DNA of 64,000 nt from a virus, in the IMG/VR virus record IMGVR_UViG_3300042389_001478, positions 128,498 to 192,497 of that record, one strand, 5' to 3'. The position numbers and the translations under genes were made by a program. The notes beneath the pieces are model-generated. The model did no database searches and was not told the origin of the DNA. It saw only the letters and a program-made list of their open reading frames with translations. Positions 19,456 through 28,311 of this stretch are shown here, piece by piece. Each line of letters starts with the position of its first letter. Position 1 is the stretch's first letter.

Positions 19456-19456
19456 T

Positions 19457-20152
19457 CTACAAGATCTTATCTGATTTAGCAATATTCAAATCCCACCACA
19501 ACGGCTGCATATTAGTATAGTGAAAACAAATTTTTTGCTGTTCTGGATCAGAAAGGTCAAAACTGGCGCATGGAATTATGTGGTCAATATGCCATCCTTT
19601 GGGACCATAGACTTCCCAGTTCAGTCTAGGGTCTTTATAGAATTGTGATTCCAGATGTTGTTTAAACTCTTCAATAGAACAACCCAATAATTCTGTTGTG
19701 GCTTGAGACTTATAGTACCCTTTAATACTAGCTACTATTCTTTTTTGTAAGATACTTCTTAACCTATAAGAAAGATCAGTATAATATTTTTTATGCTGCC
19801 ACTTATTTGCGCTTTGTCTAATTTTTTCTTTATTATTAATCCTATAATCTTTCATATACCCAGGCTTATTTAGTCTTTGTTCTTTCTGATAAGCTAGCTT
19901 AGTTTCTCGTTGTCTTGAATATCTTTGTTTATCTATTATTTTATTGTGTTCTTTATTTTGAATTTTATAGTCTTTGGATTTTTTTATTCTATCTTCTCTA
20001 TTGCTAATATATCTATTGTGCTGATTAATTTTATCACAATACTTACACTGAGCTAGTTTGCCGTATTTACCAGTTTTACTATTTGGAAAATCGTTCAGTT
20101 GTTTTGTAATATTGCATTGATTACATGTTTTTGTTTGAGTCATAATAAACAC
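19457..20152 (-). CDS. HNH homing endonuclease-like protein (paralog of 17105..17788)
   Basis: CNQC...CKYC; WHIDHIIPC...CFHYTNMQPLW. Confidence 0.8.
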   Translation of the reverse strand: MFIMTQTKTCNQCNITKQLNDFPNSKTGKYGKLAQCKYCDKINQHNRYISNREDRIKKSKDYKIQNKEHNKIIDKQRYSRQRETKLAYQKEQRLNKPGYMKDYRINNKEKIRQSANKWQHKKYYTDLSYRLRSILQKRIVASIKGYYKSQATTELLGCSIEEFKQHLESQFYKDPRLNWEVYGPKGWHIDHIIPCASFDLSDPEQQKICFHYTNMQPLWWDLNIAKSDKIL

Positions 20153-20161
20153 GGTTTAGTA

Positions 20162-20384
20162 TTATACGTTTTGGTCAACAAATCCGAAGCAAACTGTGCA
20201 GTAATATTCGTCGGCACCATAGTTGAACGTCACGCCACTCATTGTTCCGTCGATTCTGATAATATTGAATCCTTCTTCTCCAACAAATTGTGTGTTTAGA
20301 CGGATCATCCATAAATAAGAAAACGTCATCTGAGCTTAGACTGCCACTACCTTCTGGAAATTCGTTTATTCTTTGAATACTCAT
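20162..20384 (-). pseudogene. Frameshifted or internally deleted gene remnant
   Basis: Frame 0 gives MSIQRINEFPEGSGSLSSDDVFLFMDDPS then unnatural sequence; the +1 frame continues LNTQFVGEEGFNIIRIDGTMSGVTFNYGADEYYCTVCFGFVDQNV to TAA at 20164-20162. Confidence 0.6.
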
Positions 20385-20605
20385 TATCCACCTACTACTG
20401 TTTGGTTGCCTACTAATTCGACGAAAATACCGTTATAGAATCTATAACCATATTTAGAAGCTATGTCAGATATAGCTGGCGTATTTTTGACAGCATTGTT
20501 GCTAACAGAATATTCACCTGTAAATGTTGTAGATGTTACTAGTGTTCCATTTTTGATAGGATTAGCACTAATTGATTTTGAAATATCTGTAAAAGGTCTT
20601 GCCAT
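20384..20605 (-). CDS. Hypothetical protein
   Basis: SD (GGGAG) and upstream AGTGTATA motif. Confidence 0.6.
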   Translation of the reverse strand: MARPFTDISKSISANPIKNGTLVTSTTFTGEYSVSNNAVKNTPAISDIASKYGYRFYNGIFVELVGNQTVVGG

Positions 20606-20656
20606 GTTTTTCTCCCAATTAAAAGGTTATTATTTTAAATATACACTACTAGGATT

Positions 20657-20971
20657 CTAGTTTCTATCTATTCTTTCTTCCAGTGTTTCGAGAGTTTTGG
20701 TTAGTATAGTTATCTGAATTCTAAGTTCATTCATAACTTCACTATTTCTTTGTAATGCTGTAGCAAAAGCAGTCTGATTTTCTTTATTACTAGCTAATCT
20801 TTCCATAATAAACTGTCTATCTTGCAGATATGGAGAGTGGGTTTGTATTAGATTTTCTATTTCGGATTTTGTAACCATATTCCGTACTACGGTAGCCCAG
20901 AATGTAATTAGTGTTACAATAATACCAAAAGCCGTAGTTGCTAATATTTGCCAGATATGACTTTCGTGCAT
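20657..20971 (-). CDS. Membrane-anchored coiled-coil protein (holin-like)
   Basis: N-terminal hydrophobic helix plus heptad-rich tail. Confidence 0.55.
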   Translation of the reverse strand: MHESHIWQILATTAFGIIVTLITFWATVVRNMVTKSEIENLIQTHSPYLQDRQFIMERLASNKENQTAFATALQRNSEVMNELRIQITILTKTLETLEERIDRN

Positions 20972-21050
20972 AAGTATTCTCCATTAACAACAAAAGCCAC
21001 AGACACTCTAGGTGTAAGTGGCCTTTGGTGCTTAAAATTTAAATTAGAAA

Positions 21051-21605
21051 TCAAGATTCAGATGGATAATTCTGACCGAATGGTACAGGCTGGCCGAGCT
21101 TGTATACGATTTGACCTGGGACGCCTCTTGTTGGTGTGGCGGCATTATCTGTTGCTAATGAGTCAACAGCTACTACCGGATATCCAGCTTCGAATTGGCC
21201 AGTAGATCTGTTATACTTGTTAGCCCTAATTGCTGTGGTAAATCTGCGTGTTCTGAGAACTCTTAGAGGATGAATACCCTCAACTAATGATGGAACATTA
21301 GCACCGCTTTGTAAAGCATTGTTGCTAACACCAGCTAGTGTAGTGGTATATCTCATTCCCACGCCATCCCTGTCATTATAGGCAAATGCGCCAGCAGTTA
21401 CAGCCTTATTTGCCCAACTGTTATCAATAACTGTTGAAGCAAATACTTCTGTATTGTATCTTGAGACAGATACGGTTGACAATGTGCTTGAAGAACCTGT
21501 TCTAGCAGCAGAACCGTGATTATTTTGGGCGCCACTAGCTTTTCTATTTGGAGGAATAGTATATGATGAACCGTTAACTTTTGCTGTTGCCATGGTAATC
21601 TCCAT
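21051..21605 (-). CDS. Hypothetical protein, possibly structural
   Basis: Ala/Thr/Gly/Ser-rich; preceded by AGGGTATA motif. Confidence 0.55.
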   Translation of the reverse strand: MEITMATAKVNGSSYTIPPNRKASGAQNNHGSAARTGSSSTLSTVSVSRYNTEVFASTVIDNSWANKAVTAGAFAYNDRDGVGMRYTTTLAGVSNNALQSGANVPSLVEGIHPLRVLRTRRFTTAIRANKYNRSTGQFEAGYPVVAVDSLATDNAATPTRGVPGQIVYKLGQPVPFGQNYPSES

Positions 21606-21640
21606 TGTGTTAGAAAACTATTATTAGTATACCCTAAAAC

Positions 21641-22294
21641 TTAAGAAGACTGATTATTTTTAGACAATAATTTTAAAGCATTAATAGAATTAACCTTCAT
21701 ACCATACAAATTGCCCTTATTTATATTATTAATTTGGCCAATATTCCAGATATTGCCATTGCAAATGATATTAATTGGGACTTTTTTGTTTATCAGTGCT
21801 GACGCCAAAATATTATCGCTAATATCGTCTAATTGATATCCAGTAGAAGGATATATTGTATGTACTCCAAGGTCTAATAAAATTTGAGATACTTTATAGA
21901 GCAATTCATATGTAAACACCCTATATTCTAAAGTATATCTTAATTCTACGGCATATTTATTACAAATCTCCAGATTGCTTTTAATATCATCTCTAAATTT
22001 GTCATATTTTCTATTGCAAAAATAGTATGGCTGGGCAACTATATTAATAATTTGTGCTCCAGATTTGATGGCTGACTCTATCGCCTGATTTCGGTTTTTG
22101 GTATCCAAAACCCCAAGAGGATAATCAATAACAGTTGAGACTAAAATATCTTCTGGCACAAGATTTTTGGTAATCTTGATATGAGGAGGTAGTAAGCAAA
22201 TAGTTTTAGGCTTAAATACTATTGCTTTTTCTATGCTCTGTTTTATTTCTTGATCAGATAATGAGACGTCATATGTTGAAAATTCTATGATCAT
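21641..22294 (-). CDS. DeoC (deoxyribose-phosphate aldolase)-like protein, probably inactive
   Basis: TVIDYPLG, A...GA..INIV and IYPSTGY match DeoC motifs; the Schiff-base Lys position of the KTSTG motif is Tyr. Confidence 0.7.
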   Translation of the reverse strand: MIIEFSTYDVSLSDQEIKQSIEKAIVFKPKTICLLPPHIKITKNLVPEDILVSTVIDYPLGVLDTKNRNQAIESAIKSGAQIINIVAQPYYFCNRKYDKFRDDIKSNLEICNKYAVELRYTLEYRVFTYELLYKVSQILLDLGVHTIYPSTGYQLDDISDNILASALINKKVPINIICNGNIWNIGQINNINKGNLYGMKVNSINALKLLSKNNQSS

Positions 22295-22962
22295 TTTTTA
22301 AACTTATAGGATTTAAGAGAATCTATAGTTGAGTATTTCTTATCTCCTAATACACCATCTGCAAAGCCATATTCAACAGCCTCTTGAGCTTTTAGTATCC
22401 AATCACATTTATTAGCCAGTTGTGAAGTAATGTGTTTTTTTGCCATCATTCTTTTCCAATTTTTTAATTTAGCCATCTCGCTCTGCATACATCTGTCCGT
22501 AAAAATATCAATCATCTTATCACACTCTTGTTCATTCCATTGTATGCCAGCAGCAGCAGCCTTGCTATGTTCGGCATCTACACTGAATGATCCATAATGA
22601 ATCATAACGTTCGTATTTGGCATTAGAATTCTTAGTGGGGCAGCTTGCAGTATTACACTGCTTGAGGATTCTACTTTGGCATAGGCTAAGATAATAATTT
22701 TTGCCTTAGAAAATCTTATGGTATCATAAATACCCAAGCAGTCCTGCCAGTCTCCCCCAGGAAGATGCATGTGAACTAATATGGATTCATCTGAGAGCGT
22801 ATTTAGATATCTAATATTTTTTTCAAATACTACAGCCGACCTATAATCAACACCACCTTCTTCGTCTCCGTCTAAACATGAATGCAGAAAGACTTCTCTT
22901 GTTTTTGGATTGATATTAAAGTTATGAATGTCATTTAGTTCTGTGTCGTTATTGACTACCAT
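22291..22962 (-). CDS. clpP: ClpP-like protease
   Basis: HLPGG, VESSSS (Ser), VMIHY (His), DWILKAQEAVEYGFAD (Asp). Confidence 0.8.
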   Translation of the reverse strand: MVVNNDTELNDIHNFNINPKTREVFLHSCLDGDEEGGVDYRSAVVFEKNIRYLNTLSDESILVHMHLPGGDWQDCLGIYDTIRFSKAKIIILAYAKVESSSSVILQAAPLRILMPNTNVMIHYGSFSVDAEHSKAAAAGIQWNEQECDKMIDIFTDRCMQSEMAKLKNWKRMMAKKHITSQLANKCDWILKAQEAVEYGFADGVLGDKKYSTIDSLKSYKFKK

Positions 22963-23407
22963 GTAAGTACCTATAGGCTTGATCGTTAATTTCTTTCATT
23001 ACTCTAGCATCATCAAAAACCTTTCCTATAGCTATTCTAAATCTATATCTAGTAAATACATCAAGGGTTTCAACCCCATCGGTATTCTCTATAATATCAA
23101 TTATATTCTCATTGATATTGAAGTTAGAATGACCCACCCAAAAATTAAAGATCTTGCTAGAAGCAGTATTCTCTGTGTATGGAATCAAGCCCATAGGAGT
23201 AGCTATCGCTCTCATTCTTTGGGGATGAGACATATGATCATCTATTCCTTCTGCTTCTTCTGTATTGTCGTCTACATCTTCCTGGGTAATATTAGAATCT
23301 ATGGAAATCTCATCGTCTGCTCCGAAAGGGTCAAACCATTTTTGCCAAACTATTAAATTATCTTCTCCATAGACATTTCTCATTTTGATCCTATTATTAG
23401 TTGACAA
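22949..23407 (-). CDS. Hypothetical protein
   Basis: 152-aa ORF overlapping its neighbours. Confidence 0.6.
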   Translation of the reverse strand: MSTNNRIKMRNVYGEDNLIVWQKWFDPFGADDEISIDSNITQEDVDDNTEEAEGIDDHMSHPQRMRAIATPMGLIPYTENTASSKIFNFWVGHSNFNINENIIDIIENTDGVETLDVFTRYRFRIAIGKVFDDARVMKEINDQAYRYLHGSQ

Positions 23408-23408
23408 A

Positions 23409-23894
23409 CTACTTGTTCATATAGTTTTTAAATACACTAGATGGTTTAATGAATGGTTTGCTATTAATTACTTTCTCTGTTTTTTCAGTTATTTCTAGCC
23501 ATTTTTCCAATACTTGATGAACAAAATATGCATCAAATGGCTCATCTGAGCCCAATACATCTGAAAGTGTTTCCACTATGTCTTTTTTTAATAGGCCATT
23601 ATTTACCATAAATATCATTGTAGCATACTGACTTGCAATATCGTCTATTGAAGAAGGCTCTAGTTTTTCAAAGTTCGGCCAATAGCAAATAATATTTACT
23701 GTACCATCATAATTTAATTGTAGACTAAGACTGCATAAATAATCTTTTTCTATTTTGGTAACAATGTTATCTTCTTTAGTCTCTTTGGATATTTCTTTAG
23801 AAACCTCTTCTGTTTGTTCTATTTGTTCTACTTGTTTAGTAGGAAATAAAAATTGCCGTAAAAATTTAAACATATAATAATGCTTTTCTCGCAA
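23409..23894 (-). CDS. Hypothetical protein
   Basis: 161-aa ORF in operon. Confidence 0.6.
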   Translation of the reverse strand: MREKHYYMFKFLRQFLFPTKQVEQIEQTEEVSKEISKETKEDNIVTKIEKDYLCSLSLQLNYDGTVNIICYWPNFEKLEPSSIDDIASQYATMIFMVNNGLLKKDIVETLSDVLGSDEPFDAYFVHQVLEKWLEITEKTEKVINSKPFIKPSSVFKNYMNK

Positions 23895-24213
23895 AACGAT
23901 TAATAATAGCTAGGTTCATACTACTATAATAGCAGTTTTTGAGAGGAGTGTCAGGAGGTATAATACAAGCATAGTGTATACTAATATTTTCCTTTTGTTT
24001 AATTACATCTATTAGTCTAGTATTTACCCACCCAAAACCAAGCGAAATATTGGTTTCAAATAAAGTCTCTATAGATTGATCTATAGATAGTTCATTAGGA
24101 GATAAATCGAGAGAGAGCGGCACAAATCTGTTTTCTAATGCTGAGATAAAACATTTCTCGTTTTTATCAAGATCAAAAGAAACTATGTATAAATATACTG
24201 TGGTATTAAACAT
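23866..24213 (-). CDS. Hypothetical protein, possibly a degenerate Nudix fold
   Basis: Strand-helix layout resembles Nudix proteins but the Nudix-box glutamates are absent. Confidence 0.4.
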   Translation of the reverse strand: MFNTTVYLYIVSFDLDKNEKCFISALENRFVPLSLDLSPNELSIDQSIETLFETNISLGFGWVNTRLIDVIKQKENISIHYACIIPPDTPLKNCYYSSMNLAIINRFARKALLYV

Positions 24214-24790
24214 ATTCTCTAATTTTTGATAAACCCTTCTGAATGTTTTGTCTAATTGCTTCTCTTGTTACGCCAAAATTTACACCAATCTCTGACAGTG
24301 TTTTATCTTCAAAATAGTACTGCTTAATCTGTTCTTTCTGTTTTTCTGAGATAAGACCGCACGACAAGATATTTTCTATATTGTCTTTTAGCATTTCTTG
24401 ATATTCATTCTTTTCTGCCATCAAAGACGGATCATACTCTGGTTTGTCTTCAATATTATCCGTAAAACTAATATCTAGATCTTTATTAAGATTGTCTAAA
24501 GAATAGTGGTTATTTTGTTTCTTATATTTATTAGACAAATATGTTTTAATAGCCCAAATGCCACACTGATTACGGTATGAGTATTTAGTCTTAGACTTAC
24601 CCTCAAACCCAGTCCTGTCCTTATCCCATCTCCAGTCTCCTATCATGATTGCGGATGCTATGTCTGCTATTGCATCTTCATTAGACAACAGTTCTTGTCT
24701 TAATGATGAATAGAATCCTGGGGCAAATTTTGATATAATCTTTTTAGCTAAAGTTATATATGTAGACAGACTATCGTATTCTTTTTCCAT
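24206..24790 (-). CDS. Divergent sigma70-family RNA polymerase sigma factor
   Basis: Region-2-like EDAIADIASAIM...WDKDR; region-4 HTH KTLSEIGVNFGVTREAIRQ. Confidence 0.8.
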   Translation of the reverse strand: MEKEYDSLSTYITLAKKIISKFAPGFYSSLRQELLSNEDAIADIASAIMIGDWRWDKDRTGFEGKSKTKYSYRNQCGIWAIKTYLSNKYKKQNNHYSLDNLNKDLDISFTDNIEDKPEYDPSLMAEKNEYQEMLKDNIENILSCGLISEKQKEQIKQYYFEDKTLSEIGVNFGVTREAIRQNIQKGLSKIREYV

Positions 24791-24854
24791 GGTTTATCCT
24801 TTAAAAGTCCTTAAATAAAAATAAAATTCCTTAATTAACTATCAGCAGATCAAA

Positions 24855-25301
24855 CTATTTATCTTTTGGCTCTGTTAATTTTTTCCACATTTCTGGGTCT
24901 GGCCTATCCTCGTCGCCTCTTTTGGCGGGCTTATATTTCTTGCCCTCTCTTTCTTTTTTCTTTCTGATATTGTCCCACAGTCCAGGCTTGTCTGAGGCAA
25001 AAGTATCATCGTCATCGGAAGGTACATACTTCACAAAATCGTGAATAGTTCGCATGTAATCCTCTGTGATGGCAATTTTACCCTGAAGCCAGCTCTCTGT
25101 CAAGTTTTCTCTAATTTTTGGGTCGTCAACGACATCTAGTATAGACTGAGCATGAGAAACTATAGCTTTTAAAGAACCAATATTCATCTCATAAAAATCT
25201 TGTTTATAATCTTCTAGATTATCGTTAGATGAATGTGTTTTGTTGTTAGAAATTGATACAAAGGACTGTATTGAGTCTAAAATCTGATAGAATCTGTTCA
25301 T
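24855..25301 (-). CDS. Hypothetical phage protein
   Basis: Basic C-terminal motif PGLWDNIRKKK...RPDPEMWKK. Confidence 0.6.
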   Translation of the reverse strand: MNRFYQILDSIQSFVSISNNKTHSSNDNLEDYKQDFYEMNIGSLKAIVSHAQSILDVVDDPKIRENLTESWLQGKIAITEDYMRTIHDFVKYVPSDDDDTFASDKPGLWDNIRKKKEREGKKYKPAKRGDEDRPDPEMWKKLTEPKDK

Positions 25302-25942
25302 AATATTCTCTCTTTTAGTTTATTAAATAAGAATTTTGTTAATTTTATTGAAGCTAGGTTATCTGAGGGATAATGTACGCCTTGTAGTATTCTCGCTTTT
25401 CCTGTGTCTTTGACCAATGAATCTAATTTTTGTTTGTTTACCGTTGGGTAGTAATATTCAATAATATGAGCAACCAAACTGCTATACACCGTATGTCCAG
25501 ATGGATAAGCAGCTGTATGATGAGTATCTGTAACAATAACATCAATATTTAAATCATAATATTTGGCCAATTGTGAAGGTCTTGGTCTATTCCATAGGGA
25601 TTTTACGTTTAGTACAATAGGTTTAATTATATTATAGAATTCTAATATTTTGGGTTGGGGATATTCCAAACCATATTGATTAAGCAATTCGATAAAAACA
25701 CTATCAGTATCTTGGTCTATAATTTCTACTAGCTTAGTCTCTTCAAGAGTTCTATTCAGTGTTGATCGTGATACTAACTGTAATTCCAAAAAAGTTTCCT
25801 TGCTCGTATTAGGAGGGGGAGCTTCTAAAATTTTTTTCCAATCGAAATCTACTATATCAGGAACCGGTTGTTCTATATACTCAGTACCATAACCCAGTAA
25901 TTCAATTTCTTTGTATTTAATTAATGAATTAAGATTTATCAT
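25298..25942 (-). CDS. PAP2-family phosphatase / vanadium haloperoxidase-like protein
   Basis: K....NRPRP, YPSGH, ARILQGVHYPSD motifs. Confidence 0.85.
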   Translation of the reverse strand: MINLNSLIKYKEIELLGYGTEYIEQPVPDIVDFDWKKILEAPPPNTSKETFLELQLVSRSTLNRTLEETKLVEIIDQDTDSVFIELLNQYGLEYPQPKILEFYNIIKPIVLNVKSLWNRPRPSQLAKYYDLNIDVIVTDTHHTAAYPSGHTVYSSLVAHIIEYYYPTVNKQKLDSLVKDTGKARILQGVHYPSDNLASIKLTKFLFNKLKERIL

Positions 25943-26523
25943 ACTTGTATGCTAAGAAAGTTATCGAGCCCCATTTGTTCGATCATCTTTAGAAAACCTT
26001 CATATAATACTATTCCATCTTCACTACCTTGTAGTAATGGTATCATAATATTAGCTGTCATCTCATCGCCCACTGCTCTGGCCGCAGTTATAGTTGCTCT
26101 TTCTGCTACAGCCGCTTCTTGTACTGATGCTAGGTTATATTTGATCATTGCCAACATATCATGTCTAGCCCAGGTTGGAGGAGTAACCATTAACGGCTGA
26201 TAGTCTGCATTAAAAAATTCTAATCTAGTTATATTAATAATAGAGTGCTTGTGTTCTTCTTCTGCATCCTCTTTAATAACCGAGGCAAGCTTTTTGTATC
26301 CCCATCTTTCAAGATGTACTGCTTGTGCAGATAAGGCTGTTGTCTGCTGCCAGTGAATATTTAAAGATTTTTTAAGGAGTTCAACAACTTTGTCATTGGA
26401 GTTATTTTCAACTTCTTCGTCAGAGATTACCTCTGGATGCACAGGTTCTTCTGCCACAATAATGTCCTTTGCTTCAATAATTTCAGATTGTTCAGTCAGT
26501 AGTTCTTGAATAGTTTTAGTCAT
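25939..26523 (-). CDS. Bacterioferritin-like protein with a degenerate ferroxidase centre
   Basis: RWGYKKL, EEEHKH, RLEFF, MIEQMGLDNFL match the Bfr layout. Confidence 0.75.
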   Translation of the reverse strand: MTKTIQELLTEQSEIIEAKDIIVAEEPVHPEVISDEEVENNSNDKVVELLKKSLNIHWQQTTALSAQAVHLERWGYKKLASVIKEDAEEEHKHSIINITRLEFFNADYQPLMVTPPTWARHDMLAMIKYNLASVQEAAVAERATITAARAVGDEMTANIMIPLLQGSEDGIVLYEGFLKMIEQMGLDNFLSIQV

Positions 26524-26579
26524 AATTAGAATTTCTCGTATTAGTTTAATTATTTAGTTCTTATTATTTATCAATCTGT

Positions 26580-26587
26580 AGTACACC
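26580..26587 (-). promoter_or_regulatory. GGTGTACT variant motif
   Basis: Intergenic, upstream of the Bfr-like gene. Confidence 0.5.
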
Positions 26588-26636
26588 CCTTTGGCTTTTG
26601 CAAAATCATATTTCGTCAGATCTCCAAAAAATATTA

Positions 26637-27236
26637 TTAGTCCTTGACTGGACTATTTGACCTCCACTGAAAACAGCTCCAGTACGCGGGTGTCGTTTTG
26701 TCTTTTTGCTGATCACATTTGTGTCTTGCTCTAAAGCTCTTACGTCTTACTGGATCATCTCTTTTTATGCTCATTTCTTGTGATCCAAACCTTACAATAA
26801 TAACTTTGCCCTCTTTATTACGAACATACACGGCAAACTTCTTTTTTGCATCTGGTGTTCTGAATGGTTTGTTTAATGTTACTTTTCTTCCTTGATATTC
26901 TGATGCTGATATTTGAGAAATATCATACTCTTCTGTTTCTTCTCCGGCGTCCATATAATCTTTTTCTTTAGGAATAACTAAATTTGATATTGTTAATTCT
27001 TCAGAATTTTCACAGTCTTCACATTCTACACAGTCTTCGCATTCAAACTTCTTCATAAAACCTAGTACTTCTAATACTTGATCCATTAGACTACTTTTTG
27101 GTTTTTGAGCTTGACCCAAGCACGCAGCTATTCTTTGTTGATTTTCTGGATAATCCTTTTTCATTATTCCATTACTCATGCATCGAGCAATAAAACTTTC
27201 TCTATCTTCATTGTCATTGGGTTGTGGTATTGGCAT
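26637..27236 (-). CDS. Conserved phage protein (KSFRARHKC family); start revised to MPIPQP
   Basis: LNKPFRT...KKFAVYV...RKSFRARHKC...AYWSC; SD GGAG precedes ATG at 27236. Confidence 0.7.
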   Translation of the reverse strand: MPIPQPNDNEDRESFIARCMSNGIMKKDYPENQQRIAACLGQAQKPKSSLMDQVLEVLGFMKKFECEDCVECEDCENSEELTISNLVIPKEKDYMDAGEETEEYDISQISASEYQGRKVTLNKPFRTPDAKKKFAVYVRNKEGKVIIVRFGSQEMSIKRDDPVRRKSFRARHKCDQQKDKTTPAYWSCFQWRSNSPVKD

Positions 27237-27246
27237 AAAATCTCCT

Positions 27247-28305
27247 TTAATTCTGTATACACCTGAGTAGTTCCTTAGCCGAATTTTTCCAAGTAAATTT
27301 CCTTCCTGTTTCAACACCACTAAGATTAGTGCTGATATTATTCGTATAAATATCTCTCATATAGTGAATAATTTGTTCTTTCTGTTTAGATCCGATTTTA
27401 GCCCAATTACCTTCTCCGTGAAACCATTTATTGTCTATCGCCTTTTCGGTTTCTTCTATAGAGACCAGATGAGCATTGCTATTATTACAAAATTCTGTAT
27501 GTGCTGAATAATTGGTTGCGATAACAGGCTTATTCATTGACATAGTTTCTAATAGCTCAAGATTCCATCCTTCTGCCCGTGAAACATAAATACCGCAGTC
27601 AGAATACGAAATGGCTTGTGCTAAATCTTGTTGAGACGATAGTCTTGGAAAAACTTTGATTTTATCCTTAAGCTTAGATTTCTGAACTATACTAAGCCAC
27701 TCACCTTCTTGTTGATCATTAAGAAATGGATTATGAGTAATCATCCATAGCTCAACATTATCTTCTCTATTAAATGCGCTATTAAAGCACTCAATAACAA
27801 CATCATGCGATTTTCTAATTTCCCATTTGCCTATTGTAATAAAGATAAAGTTTTTGGGCTTGTTTTTTACTTCAATAGGATAAAAAATGTCTGGATTAAC
27901 TCCGAGTGGAACAATATCTATTGGTTTGTTTATGCCGTTGTCAACCAATACTTTTTTTGCCCATTGACTACTGGCTATTATGCCGTCTGGAAAATTCAGG
28001 TGATGCTTTTCTAGAGTATTGAAAGTATCTATTTCAAAAAAAGGATAAGCATAATATTTGCCGCTACCAGACCTATTTAGTAAATCGAATTGGTGCCATA
28101 TTTTTATTGATATAGCATTATAGTCAACACTAGATTGTTTATCTATACATTTGCGAATAATTTCTTCGTCCGATTGATTCTCAATCTTGGGATTTCCTAT
28201 AGGAGTTAGACAAACGTCGTGGTTTTGGTCTATCTCTTTAAGTAGATTTAATGCTGCATTGCCATAGCCCGTGGCTCCAATTGGGGCTTGAAAATGTATT
28301 TTCAT
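27247..28305 (-). CDS. GT4 (GT-B) glycosyltransferase
   Basis: FITIGKWEIRK, SRAEGWNLELLETM, VIATNYSA. Confidence 0.88.
   Translation of the reverse strand: MKIHFQAPIGATGYGNAALNLLKEIDQNHDVCLTPIGNPKIENQSDEEIIRKCIDKQSSVDYNAISIKIWHQFDLLNRSGSGKYYAYPFFEIDTFNTLEKHHLNFPDGIIASSQWAKKVLVDNGINKPIDIVPLGVNPDIFYPIEVKNKPKNFIFITIGKWEIRKSHDVVIECFNSAFNREDNVELWMITHNPFLNDQQEGEWLSIVQKSKLKDKIKVFPRLSSQQDLAQAISYSDCGIYVSRAEGWNLELLETMSMNKPVIATNYSAHTEFCNNSNAHLVSIEETEKAIDNKWFHGEGNWAKIGSKQKEQIIHYMRDIYTNNISTNLSGVETGRKFTWKNSAKELLRCIQN
27256..27263 (-). promoter_or_regulatory. GGTGTATA motif
   Basis: In the last codons of GT4, 20 nt before the next ATG. Confidence 0.55.
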
Positions 28306-28311
28306 AATTAT

